DNA of 64,000 nt, from positions 20,146 through 84,145 of the forward strand of contig CAKPDO010000001.1 in NCBI GenBank assembly GCA_934148985.1, read 5' to 3'. This document shows, piece after piece, positions 9,817 to 19,578 of this stretch. Source of the stretch: an uncultured Clostridia bacterium. GTDB lineage: Bacteria > Bacillota > Clostridia > TANB77 > CAG-508. The stretch's first letter is position 1. Each line of letters begins with the position of its first letter. The notes under the pieces are model-generated. The model was given only the letters and a program-made list of their open reading frames with translations, was not told the DNA's origin and searched no databases. The translations under genes and the position numbers were made by a program.

Positions 9817-11172
9817 ATGGCTTTTGAAGGATTATCTTCTAGACTTCAAGACATAACAAGAAAAATAAAAGGAGAAGCAAGAATTACAGAAAGTAATATG
9901 AAAGACATGTTACGAGAAGTAAAACTTGCATTATTAGAGGCAGATGTAAACTACAAAATAGTAAAAGAATTTATTGCATCAGTTCAAGAAAAAGCTCTTG
10001 GTCAAGATGTAATGAAATCATTAAAACCAGGTGAACAAGTAGTAAAAATAGTTAGGGATGAGCTAACAGAGCTACTTGGGGGAACAGATAGTAAAATAAA
10101 TATCTCACCAAATCCACCAACAGTAATAATGCTTGTTGGACTTCAAGGTGCAGGAAAAACTACAATGGCAGGAAAGCTTGCTAATTATTTAAGAAAACAA
10201 GGCAAAAAGCCACTAATGGTTGCTTGTGACGTATATAGGCCAGCAGCTATAAAACAATTGCAAGTAGTAGGTGCTCAGCTTAATATTCCAGTATATGCTG
10301 AAGAAGGATGCAAAGACGTAGTAGCAATAGCAAAAAGAGCAATGAATGCAGCTATGTCAAAATTAAATGACGTAGTAATAATAGATACAGCAGGACGTTT
10401 GCAAATAGACGAGGCTTTAATGCAAGAATTACAAGATGTAAAAAAGGCAGTAAGACCACACGAAATTCTACTTGTAGTAGACTCAATGACAGGACAAGAG
10501 GCAGTAAATGTAGCAGATAGCTTCAACAGTAAGGTTGGAATAGATGGTGTAGTTTTAACAAAACTAGATGGTGACACACGTGGTGGTGCGGCACTTTCAG
10601 TAAAAAAAGTAACAGGAAAGCCAATAAAATTCATAGGTGTAGGCGAAAAACTAAATGAACTTGAAGAATTCCATCCAGACAGAATGGCATCAAGGATTTT
10701 AGGAATGGGAGATGTTTTGTCAATTGTAGAAAAAGCAGAACAAGCCCTAGATATAGAAGAAGCAGAAAAACTAGAAAAACAATTACAAAAAAATAAATTT
10801 GACTTAGATGATTATTTAGCACAATTAAGACAAATTAAGAAAATGGGTTCAGTATCATCACTTTTAAAAATGCTACCTGGTGCAGACAAGCTAAAAGATG
10901 TAAAAGTTGATGATAAAGAATTTATAAGAATAGAGGCAATAATAACTTCAATGACAGCAAAGGAAAGAAAAAATCCATCAATTTTAAATGGAAGCAGAAG
11001 AAAACGTATTGCCAAAGGAAGTGGAACTCAGGTTCACGAAATAAACAAATTCATGGAATCTTTTGAAATGACACAAAAAATGATGAAACAGATGAAAACA
11101 AAAGGTGGAATGAAGCGTATGATGAAAGGATTAAAACTTGACCAAATGGATGATTTTAAAGATTTAATGTAA
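9817..11172 (+). CDS. ffh: signal recognition particle protein Ffh
   Basis: N and G domains (GLQGAGKTT, DTAGR, TKLDGD) and a Met-rich M domain. Confidence 0.95.
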   Translation: MAFEGLSSRLQDITRKIKGEARITESNMKDMLREVKLALLEADVNYKIVKEFIASVQEKALGQDVMKSLKPGEQVVKIVRDELTELLGGTDSKINISPNPPTVIMLVGLQGAGKTTMAGKLANYLRKQGKKPLMVACDVYRPAAIKQLQVVGAQLNIPVYAEEGCKDVVAIAKRAMNAAMSKLNDVVIIDTAGRLQIDEALMQELQDVKKAVRPHEILLVVDSMTGQEAVNVADSFNSKVGIDGVVLTKLDGDTRGGAALSVKKVTGKPIKFIGVGEKLNELEEFHPDRMASRILGMGDVLSIVEKAEQALDIEEAEKLEKQLQKNKFDLDDYLAQLRQIKKMGSVSSLLKMLPGADKLKDVKVDDKEFIRIEAIITSMTAKERKNPSILNGSRRKRIAKGSGTQVHEINKFMESFEMTQKMMKQMKTKGGMKRMMKGLKLDQMDDFKDLM

Positions 11173-11310
11173 GCTTTAAACATATAAGGTTAGGAAGTAT
11201 CATTAAATCATATAATTAAATTGATATTAAACTTTAAATATAAATACTAGATGCAAAGCATTAAAGTAAATTCAAGATAAAGGCATCAAACAATTAGGAG
11301 GTGAACAAAA

Positions 11311-11547
11311 ATGGTAAAAATAAGACTACAAAGAGAAGGAAAGAAAAAAGCTCCTTTCTATCATATAGTAGTAGCAGATTCTAGAAGCCCAAGAGATGGT
11401 AAAATAATTGAACAAATTGGTACTTATGACCCAATGACAGAACCATCAACAATCGTTTTAGACAATGCTAAAGTTGAGCAATGGATAAAAAATGGTGCTA
11501 AACCAACAGAAACAGTAAAAAAATTAATCGAAAAAGCATCAAAATAA
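11311..11547 (+). CDS. rpsP: 30S ribosomal protein S16
   Basis: [31 protein letters not shown] matches the S16 consensus. Confidence 0.95.
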   Translation: MVKIRLQREGKKKAPFYHIVVADSRSPRDGKIIEQIGTYDPMTEPSTIVLDNAKVEQWIKNGAKPTETVKKLIEKASK

Positions 11548-11593
11548 TTTCAAAAAGGAGGATGTATTAATTTTTGTTAATACAAACTAAAAA

Positions 11594-11824
11594 ATGAAAG
11601 AAACTTTAAAAACAATTATCATAGGACTTGTAGATGACAAAGAAGCTGTTGAAGTAAGCGAAAAAAATAACGAACAATCAGTAGTTTTAGAAGTCAAAGT
11701 TGCCGAAAGCGATATGGGCAAGGTAATAGGTAAGCAAGGAAGAATTGCTAAATCTATAAGAACAGTGATGAAAGCAGTTGCAAACAAAGAACATAAAAAA
11801 GTAACTGTTGAATTTATTGACTAA
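11594..11824 (+). CDS. KH-domain RNA-binding protein (YlqC-like)
   Basis: 76 aa; GKVIGKQGRIAKSIR KH motif; conserved position between rpsP and rimM. Confidence 0.8.
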   Translation: MKETLKTIIIGLVDDKEAVEVSEKNNEQSVVLEVKVAESDMGKVIGKQGRIAKSIRTVMKAVANKEHKKVTVEFID

Positions 11825-11861
11825 TTTGAAAATTTTTTTAAAATTAGATGAGGTCAAAAAT

Positions 11862-12371
11862 ATGAAAAATGAAAAATTAGAAATTGGCCAAATAGTTAAT
11901 ACATTTGGAATAAAAGGATTTGTTAAAATTTATCCATATGTGGATGATATAACAAGATTTGATGATTTGAAAGAAGTATATATAAGTACAAAAAAACAAG
12001 AAACAAAATTAGAAATAGAAGAAGTAAAATACCAGAAAAATATGGTACTTATTAAATTCAAGGGAATAGATACTGTAGAAAATGCTGAAAAATTAAGAAA
12101 CAGTTATGTAAAAATAGACAGAAAAGATGCTATTAAACTTGAAGAAGGACAATACTTTATAGCTGATTTGCTTGGACTAGATGTATATTTAGATACAGGC
12201 GAAAAGTTAGGTATTTTAGATGATATTTTTAATAATGGAAGTACAGATATATATGCTGTAAAAAATGAATTAGGCAAACAATTTTTATTGCCATACATAG
12301 ACGAAGTTATAAAAAAAATAGACTTAGAAAATGAAAAAATAATAGTACATATAATAGACGGATTAATTTAA
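11862..12371 (+). CDS. rimM: 16S rRNA processing protein RimM
   Basis: IGQIVNTFGIKGFVKIYPYVDD is the RimM N-terminus with a PRC barrel C-terminus; start at ATG 11862 with RBS GAGG. The ORF-track start at 11808 overlaps the KH gene. Confidence 0.85.
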   Translation: MKNEKLEIGQIVNTFGIKGFVKIYPYVDDITRFDDLKEVYISTKKQETKLEIEEVKYQKNMVLIKFKGIDTVENAEKLRNSYVKIDRKDAIKLEEGQYFIADLLGLDVYLDTGEKLGILDDIFNNGSTDIYAVKNELGKQFLLPYIDEVIKKIDLENEKIIVHIIDGLI

Positions 12372-12382
12372 AACATATATAA

Positions 12383-13133
12383 ATGGAGGAGAAAATGAAA
12401 TTTGATTGTTTAACACTTTTTCCTGAAATGTTTGAGGCTTTAGACCAAAGCATTATAGGAAGAGCAAAAGAAAAAAATCTAATAGAAATAAATTTGATAA
12501 ATATTAGAGATTTTTCAAAAGATAAACACAAAAAAGTTGATGATACTCCATATGGTGGTGGTGCTGGAATGGTAATGAAAGCAGATGTAGTTTATGATGC
12601 ATATAAATCTATAAATGATGAAAATGCAAAAGTAATATATATGTCACCACAAGGCAAAACTTTAAATCAGTCCAAAGTAGAAGAATTATCAAAACAAGAA
12701 CATTTAATAATATTATGTGGGCATTATGAAGGCATAGACCAAAGGGTAATTGATAAAATAGTAGATGAGGAAATTTCTATTGGAGATTATGTCTTGACAG
12801 GAGGAGAAATTCCAGCGATGGTGTTGATTGATGCTGTTTCAAGATATAAAGAGGGAGTATTATCCAAAGAATCTATAGAAGAAGAATCATTTTGCAATCG
12901 GATTATTAGAATATCCGCAATATACAAGGCCGGAAGTATTTGACGGAATAAAAGTTCCAGAAGTTTTGCTTTCTGGAAATCACAAAAATATTGATAAATG
13001 GAGAAAAGAACAATCTATCCTAATTACACGTATTAAAAGGCCAGATTTATTGAAAAATGAAGTACCAAGCAATGGTACCGCTCGGAAAGTAAACTATTGT
13101 CTAAGATTAAACTTAGCGACAATAGAAATTTAA
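12383..13133 (+). CDS. trmD: tRNA (guanine37-N1)-methyltransferase TrmD, interrupted by a +1 shift at in-frame CGG 12899-12901
   Basis: N-terminal 172 aa are canonical TrmD. After skipping C12899 the frame reads [40 protein letters not shown], the conserved TrmD C-terminus. A second in-frame CGG at 13083 would, if recoded, end the protein at 13092. Confidence 0.85.
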
Positions 13134-13148
13134 GGGAGGAAGTTAAAA

Positions 13149-13640
13149 ATGGATATAATAAAATCTATTGAACATGAACAATTAAAATCAACAATTCCAG
13201 ATTTAAAAGTAGGAAATACAGTAAAAGTTCATGTTAGAATTAAAGAAGGAAACAAAGAAAGAATCCAAGTTTTCGAAGGAATTATAATAAAAGTTCAAGG
13301 TGCAGGAGTTAACAAAACATTTACTGTAAGAAAAATATCTTATGGTGTAGGTGTTGAAAAAACATTCTTAATTCACTCACCATTAGTTGAAAAAGTTGAA
13401 GTAGTAAGAGTAGGAAAAGCTAGACGTGCTAAATTATTCTATTTAAGAGATAGAGTAGGAAAAGCAGCTAAGACTAAAGAAATTGCAGGAGCAAGAATTG
13501 AAAATATAGAAATTTCTGTAAAAGGTGAAGAAGCACCAGCTGCTGTTGAAACTGTAGAAGCACCAGTTGAAGTAGCTCAAACAGAAGAAGCTCCAGTAGT
13601 AGAAGTTAAAACAGAAGCTACAGAAAACAAAGCTGAATAA
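13149..13640 (+). CDS. rplS: 50S ribosomal protein L19 with an unusual acidic Ala/Pro/Val/Glu-rich C-terminal extension of about 50 aa
   Basis: Residues 1-115 are canonical L19; 116-163 ([36 protein letters not shown]) are an extra tail. Confidence 0.9.
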   Translation: MDIIKSIEHEQLKSTIPDLKVGNTVKVHVRIKEGNKERIQVFEGIIIKVQGAGVNKTFTVRKISYGVGVEKTFLIHSPLVEKVEVVRVGKARRAKLFYLRDRVGKAAKTKEIAGARIENIEISVKGEEAPAAVETVEAPVEVAQTEEAPVVEVKTEATENKAE

Positions 13641-13652
13641 TAGGAGAATATT

Positions 13653-14315
13653 ATGAGAATTAGATACAAAAAATGGGCAAGGCCAGAACTAGAAGCAAGT
13701 CCTTTTTATGTAGATAATCCTGAAGAAGAAAGAGGAAAGTGGAGGAAATTATATAAAAATCCAACACTTCCTCTTTATTTAGAATTAGGATGTGGAAAAG
13801 GATATTTTATAGCAAATTTAGCAAGTGAACATAAAGACATAAATTACTTAGCAATTGATTTAGTAGATGCAATGCTTGGTTTAGCTAAAAGAAATGTTGA
13901 ACAAATATACAAAGAAAAAAATCAAGAAACAGACAATATATTTTTAACAAGATTTGATATAGAAAGAATTAATTTGATTTTATCTAAGGAAGATAAGATT
14001 GATAGAATTTACATTAATTTTTGTAATCCGTGGCCAAGGGGAAAACATCATAAAAAGAGGCTTACACATATAAGACAGCTTGAAAAGTATAAAGAGTTTT
14101 TAAATAAAAATGGAGAAATTTATTTTAAGACAGATGACGATAACTTGTTTTTGGATAGTTTGACTTATTTTGAAGAAGCCGGTTTTGAAATTGTGAAAAA
14201 AACTTTTGATTTGCATGAAGAAAATGATTTTTGGGAAAATATTGAAACTGAACATGAGAAGATGTTTTCTGAGCAAGGAATAAAAATTAAGGCTTTGGTT
14301 GCTAGACTGGTATAA
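13653..14315 (+). CDS. trmB: tRNA (guanine46-N7)-methyltransferase
   Basis: LELGCGKGYF SAM-binding motif, NFCNPWP, and overall TrmB pattern. Confidence 0.9.
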   Translation: MRIRYKKWARPELEASPFYVDNPEEERGKWRKLYKNPTLPLYLELGCGKGYFIANLASEHKDINYLAIDLVDAMLGLAKRNVEQIYKEKNQETDNIFLTRFDIERINLILSKEDKIDRIYINFCNPWPRGKHHKKRLTHIRQLEKYKEFLNKNGEIYFKTDDDNLFLDSLTYFEEAGFEIVKKTFDLHEENDFWENIETEHEKMFSEQGIKIKALVARLV

Positions 14316-14483
14316 TAATAAACAAATTTAAATAAAAATTGCAGGTTATAGGTAAGTTATTTTTACTTTGTTGAAAAATGTCGAACGATTTTTTGAAAAA
14401 ATAGTAAAAAACTATTGCAATTATAAAAAATAATGTATATAATAATATTGTAATCAAAGAGGTCACAAAATAAAGTCTAAAAA

Positions 14484-14515
14484 AACAGGCATTATGCGGA
14501 TAATGCCTGTTTTTG
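14484..14515. terminator. bidirectional rho-independent terminator (12-bp stem AACAGGCATTAT / ATAATGCCTGTT, loop GCGG, A-tract 5' and T-tract 3')
   Basis: Perfect inverted repeat flanked by A6 and T5, seen directly. Confidence 0.8.
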
Positions 14516-14520
14516 CTATT

Positions 14521-14652
14521 TTAATGAAATACATCAAAAATAGCTTTAAGTACCTGAGCTATTTTCAAAATTATTTTTAAACAGTCTAAAATTTTATGTA
14601 GAAATTTTGCAATAACATTTGTACTTTTTTTCTTTTGCTTCGCTTTTCTCAA
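14521..14652 (-). CDS. small ORF for a 43-aa cationic amphipathic peptide (MRKAKQKKKSTNVIAKFLHKILDCLKIILKIAQVLKAIFDVFH), TTG start
   Basis: Strong RBS GGAGGTGA 8 nt before TTG; the stop abuts the 14484-14515 terminator; promoter-like TCGACA...TATAAT upstream. Missing from the ORF track because it is under 60 aa. Confidence 0.35.
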   Translation of the reverse strand: MRKAKQKKKSTNVIAKFLHKILDCLKIILKIAQVLKAIFDVFH

Positions 14653-14827
14653 AGAGATCACCTCCTTTCAATAAAGTCTATAAAGATTATATAACAAATT
14701 ATTTAAAAACTTTGTCGAAATCTGTCACAGAAAACAAAAATAGCCATAAATTAAAATATATAGGTAGTTGATAATTATCTGTTTTTGTGGTATAAAAGGA
14801 AATAATGAATATAGAGGAGGAAAGACA

Positions 14828-15280
14828 TTGAAAAATAAAACAATTATAATAATACTAGTAACTATTATTGCATTTATTGGAATAATTCTGTTTATTAATA
14901 TACAAAATGACTTAATAGCAAATAATACGAAAAAAGAATTGATAAATACCCAATTGCCTAACGATACAAAAATTATTGATTCAATATCAGTTGCTGGAAA
15001 ACTAACAGGTAATGGAAATGGAATGCAATATTTCGGTGCTATTTTAATAAAAACAGATATGTCAAAAGAAGAACTTGAAAGTTATTATAAAGATTACAGA
15101 AAGGATGATTGGAGCTTTTTAGTATCAAAGTATGATAATAATAAAATAGAGCAAATTGAACATGGAGATTATAAATTTAAAAAATATAATGAAAGTGATA
15201 AGGAAAAATATTTTATTGTTTATTCTTGGGGAAGTTCTAAAAATAGTTTCGTGAGTGAATTTGATTTGAGAGGGCATTAA
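14828..15280 (+). CDS. hypothetical membrane-anchored protein (single N-terminal TM, extracytoplasmic domain), TTG start
   Basis: RBS AGAGGAGGAAAG before TTG 14828; TM IIIILVTIIAFIGIILFI. Confidence 0.45.
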   Translation: MKNKTIIIILVTIIAFIGIILFINIQNDLIANNTKKELINTQLPNDTKIIDSISVAGKLTGNGNGMQYFGAILIKTDMSKEELESYYKDYRKDDWSFLVSKYDNNKIEQIEHGDYKFKKYNESDKEKYFIVYSWGSSKNSFVSEFDLRGH

Positions 15281-15340
15281 GTTTTAAAATAAGAAAAGTA
15301 TGACATATAGAAAAAATATAAGTATATGAGGTAGAAAAAA

Positions 15341-15865
15341 ATGATTGAAAATAATAAAGAGTATTTAGATATATTAGATATTAATGGTAATAAAATTGGC
15401 GTTAAGGAAAGAGAACAAGCAAGAAAGGATAAAGATATAGTTAAAATAGTATATTTATGGATTATAAATGAAAAAAATGAAATATTGCTACAAAAAAGGT
15501 CTTTAAACAAAAAATCAAATCCTAGTAAATGGGATTGTGCGGTTGCCGGTCACATACTTTCAGGTGAAACATCAATTGATGCAATAAAAAGAGAAGCTAA
15601 AGAAGAATTGAATTTAGATATAGATGTAAATAGCTTGAAACTTATTTATTCAGGAAAAGGTAATGATGGCAAGATCCAATTTCATGATGTTTTTTTATTG
15701 ATGAGTAATGTAGATATTAAAGAAATAAAGATACAAGAGGAAGAAGTGGAAAGTGTAAAATATTTTGATTTTAAGAAATTATTAGAAATATATACTTCTG
15801 GTGATTTTGCAAATGATTTTCATAATGATGAAGTTATGGAGCAACTAACTAACTTACTTTGTTAA
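15341..15865 (+). CDS. NUDIX hydrolase
   Basis: Nudix box GHILSGETSIDAIKREAKEELNL (GX5EX7REUXEEXGU pattern). Confidence 0.75.
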   Translation: MIENNKEYLDILDINGNKIGVKEREQARKDKDIVKIVYLWIINEKNEILLQKRSLNKKSNPSKWDCAVAGHILSGETSIDAIKREAKEELNLDIDVNSLKLIYSGKGNDGKIQFHDVFLLMSNVDIKEIKIQEEEVESVKYFDFKKLLEIYTSGDFANDFHNDEVMEQLTNLLC

Positions 15866-16112
15866 AAAGTGGTTAGTTAGTTGTTTTATTTATTAAATCG
15901 AAAAGTTATGTAAATTTATTTTGCTTCTTCATCGTCAACAATAGAATTTTGAATTGGCAAATTAAATAATAAAAAGTCAATGAGTTCAATCGATATGGCA
16001 GAATTAAGGTAGTAACTACTAAAGTTATTACCTTTTTTGTCAAGTTATAATACGATTGAAAAAACAGTTATTTCCAAAAATACTACAGTTATCTTAATAC
16101 TACACCAAAATA

Positions 16113-16141
16113 TTGCAATGAACAATAATCATTGCTATAAT
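16113..16141 (+). promoter_or_regulatory. sigma-A-type promoter (TTGCAA, 17 bp spacer, TATAAT) overlapping a 7-bp inverted repeat GCAATGA/TCATTGC
   Basis: Consensus hexamers with 17-nt spacing seen directly 22 nt upstream of the LytTR gene start. Confidence 0.55.
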
Positions 16142-16163
16142 AGTTTCAGGAGGTGTCAAAAAA

Positions 16164-16628
16164 GTGGAAATCAAAGTACGTACAAATATTTCAAATGAAT
16201 TTCAAAATATCGAAGTGTGCATAAATGCCCCCGAAAAAAATGAAGATGTACAGATGTTAGAAAATGAGCTATTATCAAGAAGTTCTAAATCAATAAAACA
16301 AATAATTGCTATGCAAAATAATGATATTTTTATAATTAATATATCAGATGTGATAGTATTTTTTAGTGAAGAAAAAAATAATTTTTGTAAAACAAAAGAT
16401 GGAGTTTATAAAATAAAAGAAAAATTATATTATCTTGAAGAAGTGCTTCCATCTAAAGATTTTATTAGAATATCTAATTCAGCAATTATAAATATAAATC
16501 ATGTAAAATGCTTTAATACAAGCATTATTGGAAAAATAATAGTTAAATTTAAAGATGGCAGTGAAGAAAGCGTTTCTAAAAGAAGAACATCGGAAATTAT
16601 GAAATTTTTAAAAAATAGGAGTGAATGA
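16164..16628 (+). CDS. LytTR-family DNA-binding protein (no receiver domain), GTG start
   Basis: C-terminal LytTR motif (DFIRISNSAIININHV...). First gene of a two-gene module with a downstream membrane protein; RBS AGGAGGTG. Confidence 0.7.
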   Translation: MEIKVRTNISNEFQNIEVCINAPEKNEDVQMLENELLSRSSKSIKQIIAMQNNDIFIINISDVIVFFSEEKNNFCKTKDGVYKIKEKLYYLEEVLPSKDFIRISNSAIININHVKCFNTSIIGKIIVKFKDGSEESVSKRRTSEIMKFLKNRSE

Positions 16629-17296
16629 TTATGGAAAAATTAAATTTTAAAACATTTTCAGTAAAAAAGTTATTGAAAACAATTTTATATACTGTTATAA
16701 TATCAGTATTCATAGGAACAACAACTTTATTTTTTATGGCAATTCTGGAAAATGTCCAACTAGAAATAATAAGTAACTTGGATGAAAATTCTGAAGCTTT
16801 AATTCAAATTGGAAAAGGCTATCAAGAATTAGCCAACGAAATTAATAAAGAAATTAATGAAGAAAAGAAAGCGTATGGAGAAGATTATCCAGCCGAAGGA
16901 ATATTTTTATATCAACTTATTGGTAAATTCTCAACAAACAGGATTGTACAAGTATATTCTGTAGCATTAACAATAGGTATTGTGTCAGGAATTATAATTT
17001 ACATAGTAGCAATTCAAAATACTTCAAAAAAACAAGTGATTATTGAATTAGCAATTGCATTTGTTGTATTAATTATATTAATAATGCTTTTTATTAATAA
17101 AGGATATGAAATTATCTTAAATAAGGCAATTAATAGTATAAATCCAACTAATGTACAATATAGTATACCTGAATATATAGATATTAAAGGCATGTTAATT
17201 GTTTATGTTGTGATTGCAGTAGTTACATATATTGTAAATATGATTAGACAAAAAGTGTTAACTAACAGGTTAAATAAACAATTAAATATTAAATAA
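16625..17296 (+). CDS. polytopic membrane protein, putative membrane antagonist of the LytTR regulator (HdrM/BrsM-like arrangement)
   Basis: 223 aa, 4-5 TM helices; start overlaps the LytTR stop (ATGA), indicating translational coupling. Confidence 0.5.
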   Translation: MIMEKLNFKTFSVKKLLKTILYTVIISVFIGTTTLFFMAILENVQLEIISNLDENSEALIQIGKGYQELANEINKEINEEKKAYGEDYPAEGIFLYQLIGKFSTNRIVQVYSVALTIGIVSGIIIYIVAIQNTSKKQVIIELAIAFVVLIILIMLFINKGYEIILNKAINSINPTNVQYSIPEYIDIKGMLIVYVVIAVVTYIVNMIRQKVLTNRLNKQLNIK

Positions 17297-17403
17297 ATTA
17301 ACTTAGTAGAAACGGAATAATTATTTTATTCAGTTTCTACTGTTGAATTAAAATGTAAAAAATTCAATATTTGAAAAAATATAATTAAAGAGGGGAAAAT
17401 AAA

Positions 17404-18294
17404 ATGAGTCTAATACTAAAAAATGTATCAAAATCATTCGCAGAGAAAAAAGCTGTAGACAATATTTCATTTAGTTTAACAAAACCAGGTGTATATGGTT
17501 TACTAGGAACTAATGGAGCAGGGAAAACAACAACAATTAGGATGTTACTTGGAATTATAAAAAAAGACAGTGGAGAAATTACATGGAAGGGCAAAAATGT
17601 AGATAGAAAGCATGTTAGGTTTGGATATTTACCAGAAGAAAGGGGAATATATCCAAAAACCAAAATAATTGAGCAATTAATGTATTTTGCAGAATTAAAA
17701 GGAATGAGAAAAGATGAAGCAATAAACTCAATAAACAAATGGGCTAAAGAACTAAAAGTAGAAGAATATTTACAAATGCCAGCTGAAAAATTATCTAAAG
17801 GAAATCAACAAAAAATACAGTTTATGACAGCAATTATACATAATCCAGAATTAATAGTATTAGATGAGCCATTTAGTGGACTAGACCCAGTTAATACAGA
17901 AATATTAAAAAACATTATAATTAATTTGGTAAAAAATGGAAAACACATAATAATGTCAGCACATCAAATGGCAACAATTGAGGAATTTTGTAGTGATATT
18001 TTAATATTGAATAAAGGAAAAACAGTATTACAAGGAAATTTAAAAGAAATAAAAGAAAAATATCCTGCAAATAGAGTAGAAATAGACGTAAAGCAAGACA
18101 TAAAAAATTATATCAAAGAATTTGAGTTAGAAATAGAAAATGAGACAAATAATAATTATATTATAAAAATATCAGATGAAGAAAAGGCTCATAAATTATT
18201 AAATAAGCTTGTTACAAGTGGGATTAATGTTGATAAATTTGAGATTAAGAAGCCTACATTAAATGATATTTTTCTAGAAAAGGTAGGTGAATAA
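17404..18294 (+). CDS. ABC transporter ATP-binding protein
   Basis: Walker A GTNGAGKTT, signature LSKGNQQK, Walker B ILDEP. Confidence 0.9.
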   Translation: MSLILKNVSKSFAEKKAVDNISFSLTKPGVYGLLGTNGAGKTTTIRMLLGIIKKDSGEITWKGKNVDRKHVRFGYLPEERGIYPKTKIIEQLMYFAELKGMRKDEAINSINKWAKELKVEEYLQMPAEKLSKGNQQKIQFMTAIIHNPELIVLDEPFSGLDPVNTEILKNIIINLVKNGKHIIMSAHQMATIEEFCSDILILNKGKTVLQGNLKEIKEKYPANRVEIDVKQDIKNYIKEFELEIENETNNNYIIKISDEEKAHKLLNKLVTSGINVDKFEIKKPTLNDIFLEKVGE

Positions 18295-18296
18295 TA

Positions 18297-19529
18297 ATGA
18301 GAGATATTTTTACGGTAATGAAATTTACAATGAAAGATATGGTTAAAAGAAAATCATTTTTAATATCAACATTAATTATTTTAATTTTAATAGTAATAGG
18401 TTTTAATGTACCAAATTTAATTAAAAAATTTAACGGAGATAATAACGGAAACAAATTATTAATAGTAGACAGTCAAAATATATTTGAGGGAACATTGGAA
18501 GATTTGAAACAAATGGATTTTGGATACGAATTTGAAATAACAAATGAGAATTTGAAATTTGAAGATGTAAAACAAAAAATAGAAGATAATAAAATAGAAG
18601 AAGCAATAATTATAAATCAAGAAGACGAAAAAATAAAGATATCATATGTTGTAAAAGACTCTACAATGATGAATGGCGTTCCTGAAGAAGTCATAAATGC
18701 TTTGACATCAATATATTCTAATTTAAAAATATCTAAATTAGGTTTAACAGAAGAACAGCTTAAATCAATTACTCCAAATTTTGAATTTAATTTACAACAA
18801 ACAGAGGCAAAGAGTGCAAGTGGAAATATTTTTGCAATGATGCTAATGTCGATTGTATTATTTTATGCAATATATTTTTGTGCATATCAAGTATCAAGTT
18901 CGATAACCACAGAAAAAACTTCAAAAATAATAGAAACATTAGTAACATCAACAACTCCAAAAACAATAGTGCTTGGAAAAACAATAGGAATTGGTGTAGT
19001 AGGTTTGGTTCAAATGATAGTAATTACAGTAACAGCTTTAATAAGTGCAAAGGCATTTTTAGAGCCAGAATTATTAGAAAATGTTTTAGATATGTCTAAT
19101 ATTACACCATATTTAGGAATAATGACCGCAATATATTTTATATTAGGTTATTTGTCATATGCGTTGTTATATGCACTAACAGGTTCTACAGTAAGCAAAC
19201 CGGAAGATATACAGTCAGCCAATTCGCCTGTTGCAATATTAGCAGTAATTGGATTTTATTTATCATATTTTACTATGATGAATCCTACAAGTGAACTTAA
19301 TGTTTTTGCTTCATTATTTCCAATATCATCACCATTTTGCATGCCATTTAGAATTATGATGGGATTGGCAAGCAAAACAGATGTTATAATGTCAATTGCA
19401 ATTTTATTTGTTACAATAATTGTTATTGCTCATGTTGCTATAAAAATATATTCAAATGCAATACTTAATTATGGCACTAAAATGGGTATTAGGGATATTG
19501 TAAAGATGTATAAGGGGAATGAAAATTAA
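18297..19529 (+). CDS. ABC-2 family transporter permease
   Basis: 410 aa; N-terminal TM, large extracytoplasmic loop, 5 C-terminal TM helices; adjacent to the ATPase. Confidence 0.75.
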   Translation: MRDIFTVMKFTMKDMVKRKSFLISTLIILILIVIGFNVPNLIKKFNGDNNGNKLLIVDSQNIFEGTLEDLKQMDFGYEFEITNENLKFEDVKQKIEDNKIEEAIIINQEDEKIKISYVVKDSTMMNGVPEEVINALTSIYSNLKISKLGLTEEQLKSITPNFEFNLQQTEAKSASGNIFAMMLMSIVLFYAIYFCAYQVSSSITTEKTSKIIETLVTSTTPKTIVLGKTIGIGVVGLVQMIVITVTALISAKAFLEPELLENVLDMSNITPYLGIMTAIYFILGYLSYALLYALTGSTVSKPEDIQSANSPVAILAVIGFYLSYFTMMNPTSELNVFASLFPISSPFCMPFRIMMGLASKTDVIMSIAILFVTIIVIAHVAIKIYSNAILNYGTKMGIRDIVKMYKGNEN

Positions 19530-19578
19530 AAAATTAAAGATTTATATAAGAATTTAAAGTTTTGAGGAGGCCAAAAAA

